A stretch of DNA of 64,000 nucleotides, taken from Poseidonia sp. GTDB taxonomy: Archaea; Thermoplasmatota; Poseidoniia; Poseidoniales; Poseidoniaceae. Below the pieces are notes generated by a model that worked only from the letters and a program-made list of their open reading frames with translations, made no database searches and was not told the origin of the DNA. This document shows positions 37,073-44,997 of the stretch, in pieces. The first letter of the stretch is position 1. Each line of letters opens with the position of its first letter. A program made the position numbers and the translations under genes. The stretch lies in the NCBI GenBank assembly GCA_038148515.1, contig JAYQVP010000002.1:25635-89634 (forward strand), in the 5' to 3' direction.

Positions 37073-38056
37073 TCAATCGTGTCGACTCATGACCAAGTCG
37101 GTGATGCTGAGCATGAGTGTTTTGGCTTCGCTGTCAGGGAATCTATCCAGCGCCTCTTGCGCCCGTTCGACGTGCGTTCGAACCAAGATATCGGCGTACT
37201 CGAGACTGCTGGAGCGCTCCAGGAGTGCCATCAATTCGTCAAAATCATCATCGCAGAAGGATTCAATGAGTTCGGAAAGACGGATTCGGTGTTGCCCGTG
37301 GGACAATGTGAGGGCGTGAATCAAGGGAAGCGTCATTTTTCCTTCGTAGACATCAGCCCCCCGTGGTTTGCCCATTCGTTCATCCCCCCGGAGGTCCAAC
37401 AGATCGTCCACGAGTTGAAAGGCGATTCCAAGTTCCATCCCAAAGCGCTCGAGCGCTCTGGCATCGTCTTCATGCAAGCCCGCCACCAAGCCGGCTGCAT
37501 AACAACCCGAGGCAAACGGCCCGGCTGTTTTCCCTTTGACGATGGACAGATAGTCTTCGGGCGAAGTGGCGAGGTTCAATACATGGTCGAGTTGATGAAA
37601 TTCGGACACGGCGATGTTGGCGCAACAACGAGCGATGACGGAGACAATTTGTTCGCTGTATCGCCCACCCAGACCAAAGCCGTGAACGAACAGCCAATCG
37701 CCGGCAATAACGGCTTTTGCCTGTCCCACGCTGGCATGGATGGTAGGAATACCACGGCGCTGGACGGCCTCGTCGTTGATGTCGTCATGGACGAGGGTCG
37801 CAGTGTGAATCAGTTCGAAGGCCAACGCAAGCGGCATGACCTGTTCACGTTCTTTTCCTCCGGCTAATTCGTAAGCCAACAGAAAAAGGAGTGGACGTAG
37901 TCGCTTTCCTCCTGCGTTGAGGACGCGCCCTGCTTCAATGGCAACTTCGCCTGCGCCACCGGCAATTTCATCCTCAATGAGTTGCTGAAGGGCTTGGTTG
38001 ACCTCTTCGCGCATCCGCTCAAGGGATGACTGCACATGGTGAACATCGCTGCGCAC
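37073..38056 (-). CDS. idsA: Polyprenyl (geranylgeranyl) diphosphate synthase
   Basis: 327 aa. First Asp-rich motif LVHDDINDE, second FQLVDDLLDL, and GKRLRP upstream. Confidence 0.88.
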   Translation of the reverse strand: MRSDVHHVQSSLERMREEVNQALQQLIEDEIAGGAGEVAIEAGRVLNAGGKRLRPLLFLLAYELAGGKEREQVMPLALAFELIHTATLVHDDINDEAVQRRGIPTIHASVGQAKAVIAGDWLFVHGFGLGGRYSEQIVSVIARCCANIAVSEFHQLDHVLNLATSPEDYLSIVKGKTAGPFASGCYAAGLVAGLHEDDARALERFGMELGIAFQLVDDLLDLRGDERMGKPRGADVYEGKMTLPLIHALTLSHGQHRIRLSELIESFCDDDFDELMALLERSSSLEYADILVRTHVERAQEALDRFPDSEAKTLMLSITDLVMSRHD

Positions 38057-38137
38057 AGCCGTGCTACAACGGTGGGCTTCTTAACCGGTCGTCCACGCCC
38101 ACAACCTGTGAGGGGCGACTCTCACCGAGGCGAAACC

Positions 38138-39241
38138 ATGGACGAAAGCGAACGGGTGGTGTTTTTGACCACGCCTTCCAAGGGTGACGGAGTTCGTTCC
38201 CACGTTGAAAAGGCCGTGGAAACCCATGGCAAGCGGCGCAATTTGTTGTTGAAACAACTCCCACACATGGAAACGGCCATCGAGACCCTGCGAAACGGGA
38301 ACGGCGATATTTTAGCGATGAGCGCCTTTGATTGGGAACAATTTGACACGAAGGGGCTGACCATTGTGGGCCATTTGACTCGAAAAGAGCCCACCTGGGT
38401 CTTGGTGGGTGAAGACAAGCCTGAATATCTTGAGCGAGACGCTCTCTTGGTATGCAATCACGAACTTGTTCGGCGCCAAATGCGGCGACTGCGGAACGAT
38501 GTGAACCTTGTTTCCCTCGACGAGGTCGTGAAGCGATTGAACCTTGAGCAGGCGTTCGCTGCGCTTGACCCTGACGAGGTGTGGCCTTGGGTGGAATCGT
38601 TGCGGACCGAAGGCCACATTGCAGGTTTCATTGTACCCCGCACCATTCACGCCGATCATCGGATGAAGAGTCGACGTCACACACTTGGGTTGCAACGAGA
38701 CCCCAGCGAAGACCATCGTGAACGGTTCATTCCTCCTCCACTCCACGGATTCACGCTCCTGGTCGCTCGTGACGGGTTTCCAAAAGCCAATCTCGCCGAC
38801 ATGACGGACCCGAGTGCCGAGTTAGCCTACCGCATGGAACACGCCATCATCAACGGCATCGATCCACACCTCCGGGATTTGGTCGGAGCGTATGTTGAAC
38901 AACGAAAAATTTCCACTTTTCTCAAAAACGCTTCAGACCAAGGTGATGAAACGATGCTCAACACGTTGGTTGACCCGAACAAAAAACGTGGCGCCTACCG
39001 TGGAGGACCACGGGTCGAGATGCTCATTGAAACCTTGAATTCATCAGGAACCGTCACCGCTGCTTGCGAACGAATCGTCCTCCCTGAAAACTGTCACATC
39101 GGGATGGTGAACTTGCTCAAGGAATTCATGGAATTGCTCACCATCATGACCCGTGAACACGAGACCTCGCTGCGTCGGATTCCCGGGATGCCAGAAGGCT
39201 ACCACGAGGCAAAACCAGGCCTGCTTGACCTTGATGAGTAA
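38138..39241 (+). CDS. Hypothetical protein, distantly porphobilinogen-deaminase (HemC)/type-2 periplasmic-binding-fold-like
   Basis: 367 aa from MDESERVVFL (ATG 38138). By-eye colinearity with HemC blocks: GDILAMSAFDW vs ADIAVHSMKDVP, GLTIVGHLTRKEPTWVLV vs GLGLVTICEREDPRDAFV, PPPLHGFTLLVARDG vs PAVGQGAVGIECR. Weak and untested. Confidence 0.45.
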   Translation: MDESERVVFLTTPSKGDGVRSHVEKAVETHGKRRNLLLKQLPHMETAIETLRNGNGDILAMSAFDWEQFDTKGLTIVGHLTRKEPTWVLVGEDKPEYLERDALLVCNHELVRRQMRRLRNDVNLVSLDEVVKRLNLEQAFAALDPDEVWPWVESLRTEGHIAGFIVPRTIHADHRMKSRRHTLGLQRDPSEDHRERFIPPPLHGFTLLVARDGFPKANLADMTDPSAELAYRMEHAIINGIDPHLRDLVGAYVEQRKISTFLKNASDQGDETMLNTLVDPNKKRGAYRGGPRVEMLIETLNSSGTVTAACERIVLPENCHIGMVNLLKEFMELLTIMTREHETSLRRIPGMPEGYHEAKPGLLDLDE

Positions 39242-39348
39242 GGGTGCTGGCAGGGTCCCTCGCGGCCTCGAATCGCTCGCTCGAGTCCTGAATTCCTGCG
39301 AAGACATATATGCTTTGAATGCTGCAAAACAATCGAGGTGCAGAACAA

Positions 39349-41091
39349 ATGGACACATCAGCGTTGCTCGGTGACCTTTACCAAGGTCGATTTGAGGACC
39401 TGAAAGAGATCGCCTCTGCGCACAACCTCCCCAAAACAGGACCTGTTGAAGTCCTACGTGCGAAGTTGATTCAGGCGTTGGTCCTCAGCGATTGGGATCT
39501 TTCTCCTCAGGGAGTCAAAGCCATTTCAAACGGTGACCTCGGCGAACTCCTTGGCGTCTTCGGGATAAAGAAATCAGGCTCCATCAAAGCCCGAAGGCAA
39601 CGCCTCCACCTCCATCTCCACCACGACCCCAAGACGCTGACCACCGATTCTCTTGACGAGATGACGAAGGACGACCTGCATGCCTTGTGTAAGGCGCTTG
39701 AACTCCCCTTGTCGGGAAGCAAAGCGAGTCTCTTGGCGCGCGTAGCAGGTGTATTGGCCTCACAGGAAAATGCTTGGGGCAAGGTGAAGAAAAGTCTGCG
39801 ACGACCGAAGGACAACGTCTCAATCCCTCAAGCACCCGAACCGGTCACGCCCCCCGAGCCCTCCACCACCGTGACGGAGCAAATCTCCACGTTCATCGAC
39901 GAGCACGATGATGGCTGGACGTTTGAAGAAGAAACGGCCTTACGTGCCTCCCTCGAAAACGCTGGCGCCAACGTGACGGATGCAACCGTGAGCGCGAATG
40001 TCGATGCTGGCTTGCGTAGGGTGACGATTGAAGAATCTCCACGAACACCTCCGATGATCCAACACACCGAACAGCAACCCCACAGTTTGGAAGTGGAGAC
40101 GGCCCTGATGGAACTTCACGACCGGCGGGCGGAGGTTGAAGCGTTGAGCCGTGATTTTTTGATGGTCAGTTCGACGACAAATCACGACGACATGGACCGA
40201 TTTATAGATTCACTGCGTCGGCAAGGCTTCGCCACCGATCTTCAACCTGTGCGCCAAGCCGTGGCCGACATGATCATGCAAATGGATTACACCATGCAAC
40301 ACGAAAGTGTTGCTGCCTCTGCCTTGCCCCAATCATGGACGGAGCGCGAGGCACTCCGCTTGTTCGAAGACGTTCGCGGCGAATTACGAGACCGTTTGGA
40401 AAACGTTCTTGCTCAACATCAAGGCGATGCGGTGAAGGCGCGCATGTCCTTTGAAAGCGAAGGTCGAGAATTGGGGTTGGATTTGCGAATTCCCTCGGTT
40501 TCCGGACGACTTCATGCGTTGTTTGATTTACACCTGGAGATCAACGAAGCACAGGCTCTCAACGACCCGGTTGTTCAGCGGCGGCAACGAATGATGCGCA
40601 TTTTGCACCGGGGTTCGGTCCACATGAACGAAAGCGAGCGGCGTACCATTGACCGACTTGAACGAAACATCGGTGCGTTTGAAGAACTGGTTCAAACCGT
40701 TCTCGAATCCAGCGAGGATGGCTTTTTGGAAGCACAGCAAGCCCTCGTCATCCGGTTTCTTGAATCGAAAGGCTACGAGGTCAACACCCCCGACCTGCGA
40801 CCTCGTGTGCTGGCGTGTGCGGGGATTCTCGGCGCTGAACTGGGCTATTTGTCGCCCGCCGAGATACCACGGATTGCCCCTGGCATCCTCGTAAGCGAAA
40901 CCGAGGTGGATAGCATCGTGGCGGAATTAAAGGCCCTCGCCTCAAGTTTCAAGCCGGTCTCGTCCGAAGTTGCTCCCGACGAGCCTGGGACGGAAATGTC
41001 AGAATCGGTTGCTGGGGCCTCCGACAACCTTGAACGCGTCCGCGGAAACATCGACCGTATTGATGCCTTGCTGAACCGATTGAACGGTTGA
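39349..41091 (+). CDS. Hypothetical protein with three N-terminal SAP/HeH-like motifs and a long helical C-terminal region
   Basis: LKEIASAHNLPKTGPVEVLRAKLIQAL, LGELLGVFGIKKSGSIKARRQRLHLHL and LHALCKALELPLSGSKASLLARVAGVL. ATG 39349 is preceded by GAGGTG (39335-39340) and an ATATAT stretch (39306-39311). The track start at 39319 would contain both. Confidence 0.6.
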   Translation: MDTSALLGDLYQGRFEDLKEIASAHNLPKTGPVEVLRAKLIQALVLSDWDLSPQGVKAISNGDLGELLGVFGIKKSGSIKARRQRLHLHLHHDPKTLTTDSLDEMTKDDLHALCKALELPLSGSKASLLARVAGVLASQENAWGKVKKSLRRPKDNVSIPQAPEPVTPPEPSTTVTEQISTFIDEHDDGWTFEEETALRASLENAGANVTDATVSANVDAGLRRVTIEESPRTPPMIQHTEQQPHSLEVETALMELHDRRAEVEALSRDFLMVSSTTNHDDMDRFIDSLRRQGFATDLQPVRQAVADMIMQMDYTMQHESVAASALPQSWTEREALRLFEDVRGELRDRLENVLAQHQGDAVKARMSFESEGRELGLDLRIPSVSGRLHALFDLHLEINEAQALNDPVVQRRQRMMRILHRGSVHMNESERRTIDRLERNIGAFEELVQTVLESSEDGFLEAQQALVIRFLESKGYEVNTPDLRPRVLACAGILGAELGYLSPAEIPRIAPGILVSETEVDSIVAELKALASSFKPVSSEVAPDEPGTEMSESVAGASDNLERVRGNIDRIDALLNRLNG

Positions 41092-42333
41092 TCAGTGCTG
41101 CTGAGCGTAGAAATTCTGTATGACGGATGTCACTGTTTGGATGTCTGAAATACCACGCTGACATAGGTCTTCGATGATGGCTTGGCGTTGGGCGACGTGA
41201 CGTTCGAAGACATCGGGCGTCACACCAGCAGCGTTACAGATGGTCTCCCGTAACTTCGAAGGAATGCCGGTTTCCTCAATCTGGTCCGTGGCTGCGTTGT
41301 ATTTCCAAATCGCATTGAGCCGCGGTTTGTCGCCTTCCATCCCCGCGACCTCAGCGACCTCTGTGATTTTACGAGCGGTCTTCCCGTTCACGTGGAGGCG
41401 AGCTTGGATGATGATAAGGTCAAGACCGCTGAGCATGATCGGTGGAACATTCATCGGTGGATTGATCATTCGCGTCACCGTTTCTTGAGCGGTGTTGGCG
41501 TGAAGGGAACCAAAGGAGCCATCGTGGCCGGTGTTCATGGCCGTCAGCAATGTGGCGCACTCAGGTCCACGAACTTCACCGACGATGATGCGATCGGGAC
41601 GCATACGCAGGCTTGACTTGAGACAATCGTTCATGTCGATTTCAGGTGTTCCATCGGGACGCTCTCGGCGGGTCTCCATGCGCAACCAGTGGTCGTGATA
41701 CACCTGCAATTCAGCCGTGTCTTCGACCGTCAATAGCCGACGATCCCACGGAATGTACATCCCCAGACAATTGAGTGTGGTGGTTTTACCCGAACCTGTC
41801 CCGCCAGCGATGACAAAGTTGGCCGGTCGGCTGTCCAACCCTTCGATCCACACCCACATCATGGCTGCCAATCTGGAATTCACGGTTCCAAAGTTCACCA
41901 AATCAATCATGGTCAACGGGTCTTCCTTGAATTTGCGAATCGTCAGCGTAGGCCCGTCGGGTGATACAGGAGGTATGGTGCCGTTGACACGGGAACCGTC
42001 GGGAAGGCGCCCGTCAAAGATGGGAACCAAACCGGGGCCATCGCCGAGGGGCACATTGGTGAACGAGGCGATGTTTTTGGCAATTTGCAAACCGGAATCA
42101 TCGTCGATCCAAATATTGGTCCGGCACATGCCGTGATTTCTGTGGGCGACTTTGACACATTGGGTGCCACCGTTGTACATGACTTCTTCAAGCGCATCAT
42201 CCTCAAACAAGGCCGCCAAGTCTCCGTACGGATTGGCTTGAATATCGCCCTCGACGTGATAAATCGGCGAGGGGTGGTTGGCCTCGGTGTAGATGGTCAC
42301 TCGACCGTATTGTTCCAAAATTTGCTCTGACAT
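41092..42333 (-). CDS. Type II/IV secretion family ATPase (TadA/CpaF/archaeal pilus ATPase-like)
   Basis: 413 aa. Walker A AGGTGSGKTTTLN, Asp box LLTVEDTAEL, Walker B RIIVGEVRG and His box GHDGSFGSLHAN. The N-terminal domain is short compared with archaellum FlaI. Confidence 0.88.
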   Translation of the reverse strand: MSEQILEQYGRVTIYTEANHPSPIYHVEGDIQANPYGDLAALFEDDALEEVMYNGGTQCVKVAHRNHGMCRTNIWIDDDSGLQIAKNIASFTNVPLGDGPGLVPIFDGRLPDGSRVNGTIPPVSPDGPTLTIRKFKEDPLTMIDLVNFGTVNSRLAAMMWVWIEGLDSRPANFVIAGGTGSGKTTTLNCLGMYIPWDRRLLTVEDTAELQVYHDHWLRMETRRERPDGTPEIDMNDCLKSSLRMRPDRIIVGEVRGPECATLLTAMNTGHDGSFGSLHANTAQETVTRMINPPMNVPPIMLSGLDLIIIQARLHVNGKTARKITEVAEVAGMEGDKPRLNAIWKYNAATDQIEETGIPSKLRETICNAAGVTPDVFERHVAQRQAIIEDLCQRGISDIQTVTSVIQNFYAQQH

Positions 42334-42337
42334 ATGT

Positions 42338-43069
42338 TCATCCCCCTACCAATTTGACTGCGCCCAAATACAGGCCCATGGAAACGGCCATCCACATCGG
42401 GAGCCACCACAAGGTGTCTTTGAAGCGACCCATCATCCGACCGGAAACTGCAACACCAACAGCCGAAGCCGCAGCGAAAAACAACCCAAAAGTCTGGTTA
42501 AACGAACTGATTTGGAAGCCTTTGCTTGCCGGGGCAAACAGACCGACAATGAAGGCAATCAGAACAGGTAAGCCAACGCTTACAAAAAGAATGATGAGGA
42601 TGCCTCGACCTTGCAATTCGCTTTCACGCTTGTTCATGAGGTCGTTGAGGCGTTCGTAATCTCGGCTCAAATCCGAGAGAATGTCTCGCAACGATGACCC
42701 TTGTGCCATAGCCGTTTCGATGAGCATCATCACGCGCTGAACTTGGCTGGAGCGTGTTTTGGCAGCGAACGCTGAGAGGCTGGCCTCAAAAGAAGAGGCA
42801 TGGCCTTCTTTCAGTGTTTCACGCAGCAACAGGGCGAGCGGGCTCTCGCTCGCTTCGGATTGTTCTTTCATGGCCTCCTGAAGGCCACGTCCAGCACCCA
42901 CCGAATCGGCCAGGGATTCGAGGAAGGAGGGCAATTCGTTCTCGATGCCACGGCGCCGACGGCGCTCGATCATAGGAGGTATGCCACCGCCCGCACAAGC
43001 GAGAGCAAAGACGGCGAGGTACAGCAGCAACGGAGTGTCGTTGAACGATTCCAGCACGCCAAAAATCAT
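42338..43069 (-). CDS. Pilus platform membrane protein with a single T2SSF domain (TadB/TadC-like)
   Basis: 243 aa. N-terminal TM, a cytoplasmic helical bundle (LPSFLESLADSVGAGRGLQEAMKE...VQRVMMLIETAMAQGSSLRDIL), then 3 C-terminal TM helices. Confidence 0.75.
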   Translation of the reverse strand: MIFGVLESFNDTPLLLYLAVFALACAGGGIPPMIERRRRRGIENELPSFLESLADSVGAGRGLQEAMKEQSEASESPLALLLRETLKEGHASSFEASLSAFAAKTRSSQVQRVMMLIETAMAQGSSLRDILSDLSRDYERLNDLMNKRESELQGRGILIILFVSVGLPVLIAFIVGLFAPASKGFQISSFNQTFGLFFAAASAVGVAVSGRMMGRFKDTLWWLPMWMAVSMGLYLGAVKLVGG

Positions 43070-43078
43070 TCAATCACC

Positions 43079-43660
43079 TCACAAACCAGGGTCCTTGGTG
43101 TGGGCTTTCAAGCCGATGAGGGCCATGCCCACCAAGGTTCCAATCAAGCCCATGTTCACGACACCGCTGATCACGGCGGGGTCGGGCAACGACATAAACG
43201 CCCCTAAATCACCCGACATCAGTTGTGGCACCAAGCCAACGATGGCCAGAATAATTGGGCCAATCATACCAATGGACAGAAGGGTTTCAGGAACACCGCC
43301 CAATTCTTCAATGTACTTTTCAACCTCTTCCGAGCGCTCTTCCTCCATGCGTGCGCCCTGTTTCTTGAGCGTCTCCACCAGATCGGTGTTTTGCGTGACG
43401 TTGGTGTACAGCGTGTTGAGCAACCGCTTGTAACCAGCGGATTCGGCGACCTTGCTCAGAGATTTGAGTTCCTTGTCAAGGCCTCCTGAATTTCCTTTTT
43501 GCAAACGCTTCATCATGGCTGAAAAATCTTGAGAAATGATGCCGTACCCGCCTTTTCCAATGGTGTGTAGGCCGGCTTCAAGACCAACACCGGATGACAT
43601 CAAGACATCGAGGGTACGTATCACATAGAGGAGTTCTCGCTTTTCCTCGAGTTTACGCAT
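43079..43660 (-). CDS. Pilus platform membrane protein with a single T2SSF domain (TadB/TadC-like)
   Basis: 193 aa. LLYVIRTLDVLMSSGVGLEAGLHTIGKG...YKRLLNTLYTNVTQNTDLVETL helical bundle followed by TM helices. 9 nt from each neighbour. Confidence 0.72.
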   Translation of the reverse strand: MRKLEEKRELLYVIRTLDVLMSSGVGLEAGLHTIGKGGYGIISQDFSAMMKRLQKGNSGGLDKELKSLSKVAESAGYKRLLNTLYTNVTQNTDLVETLKKQGARMEEERSEEVEKYIEELGGVPETLLSIGMIGPIILAIVGLVPQLMSGDLGAFMSLPDPAVISGVVNMGLIGTLVGMALIGLKAHTKDPGL

Positions 43661-43669
43661 ACAATCCCC

Positions 43670-44023
43670 TCAAATGACATCTTCTAACAGTTCAAAGTGG
43701 AAACTTTCCGAGGCGGAGTCAAATTCCATGACGGCAAAGATGACTTTCACATCTCGCTCCTCAAAGGGGTCGTGAATGTAGGGTTGCCCGGTGCGAAACA
43801 TCGCAACGATGCGCTTGTACTCGTCCAGCGTTAATTCTCCGCGAACGGTGTACATCGTGGACTCAGCGCCTTCATCGTGAAGGTCATCGCCTTCTTGCCC
43901 GCGAATCACGGTTCTCGTCAAGCGACGCGTCATGCGAACTTTGATGTCGGCGTTGGCGATACGAACCCAATCGGAACTTGATGTACCCGTCGCCGGGCGA
44001 ATGAAGAAGTCCATCCCTGCCAT
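43670..44023 (-). CDS. Hypothetical soluble 117-aa protein, first gene of the pilus-like module
   Basis: ORF with no TM segment or recognisable motif. AGGGG lies upstream of the ATG. 9 nt upstream of the T2SSF gene and 56 nt downstream of rpap. Confidence 0.5.
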   Translation of the reverse strand: MAGMDFFIRPATGTSSSDWVRIANADIKVRMTRRLTRTVIRGQEGDDLHDEGAESTMYTVRGELTLDEYKRIVAMFRTGQPYIHDPFEERDVKVIFAVMEFDSASESFHFELLEDVI

Positions 44024-44079
44024 GTCTGACCCCTGCTCTTACCACAGTGCGAGAAGACCTTCAATGTGTTGGAAGAGTT

Positions 44080-44997
44080 TCAATCGCTTGGGGCAACACT
44101 GAACCACCCAAACCGGGCCTCAACGATGCGTTCGGATTCGAGAAGAGTTTCGATACTGGCCTCGGCGGCCTCTCGGACATGGCCTTTGGCGATGGCGTTT
44201 TTGATGACCGTTTCAAAATCAACACCTTCGCCCTGATCGAGGTGGCCGATGGCTTGGAGGAGGTAGTCCGAGAGCGGCGTCGAAGTTCCGTCGTTGGCAA
44301 CGGCTGCATCGCCATCGGGCAGCGACATCATCGGCGGTGGCGTCGTGGCAGCCTCCATTCGCCCTTCTGCGATGTCGAGGGATTGCATCAAGTTCAGTTT
44401 GAAGGGTTCGAGGTCAATGTCACCGTAATGTTGGCGAGCCGACAATAAACTGACCGGCAGGTTCGCTCGCCGGTAGGCATCAACGGTTGGCTCAACCTCG
44501 AGTGAGGCCGTGTAGGCCATCATGCGCTCATGGGTGCTCACACATGCATCCAACAACCAGTTTGCATACACATCCCTGCTCACTACACATGCTTCTTCGG
44601 GCCTCAGTGAAGTGTACACAGCGCCTTCATCGGTTTGGTACCACCGTGTTTTGGCCGTCATCATCAACAAGAGTGGTTCACCATCATCGATGCGTTCAAG
44701 CCACTGGTGCGAGAGTTCCCTCAATGTCTCAGAGTTGTAATCACCCACGGAGAAATAGTGAAGCCCGGTAGGGTCACGTAATTGTCCTTGATACAGCGTG
44801 GAACCGTTGGTAGTTTCTCGCAATTCCAATCGCTCAAGCAATCCAGCGGCAACGACCCTGTTCACCTTCGCACCGAGTTTGGTGATCACGAATGAGGGGT
44901 CGTATTCTCCAGAGCCTTTTTCGTGCAGCGTGGCGCTTCCGAATTCCGAAGCTAGCAACAGGTGAGCAGGTTGTCGGCTGATTCGGGCACGCTCCAT
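44080..44997 (-). CDS. rpap: RPA-associated OB-fold protein (Rpap, COG3390-like)
   Basis: MERARISRQPAHLLLASEFGSATLHEKGSGEYDPSFVITKLGAKVNRVVAAGLLERLE...LRDPTGLHYFSVGDY. This resembles the haloarchaeal RPA-associated proteins as I recall them (..APNYVVTPTGARVNR..). The start codon shares one base with the rpa stop (TGATG at 44999-44995). Confidence 0.7.
   Translation of the reverse strand: MERARISRQPAHLLLASEFGSATLHEKGSGEYDPSFVITKLGAKVNRVVAAGLLERLELRETTNGSTLYQGQLRDPTGLHYFSVGDYNSETLRELSHQWLERIDDGEPLLLMMTAKTRWYQTDEGAVYTSLRPEEACVVSRDVYANWLLDACVSTHERMMAYTASLEVEPTVDAYRRANLPVSLLSARQHYGDIDLEPFKLNLMQSLDIAEGRMEAATTPPPMMSLPDGDAAVANDGTSTPLSDYLLQAIGHLDQGEGVDFETVIKNAIAKGHVREAAEASIETLLESERIVEARFGWFSVAPSD

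Noticed and set aside
41092-43660. Archaellum (FlaI/FlaJ) operon
   Set aside because: No archaellin and no FlaF/G/H/X-like genes are present. The platform is split into two single-T2SSF proteins and the ATPase has a short N-terminal domain, which fits a Tad/Epd-like pilus rather than an archaellum.
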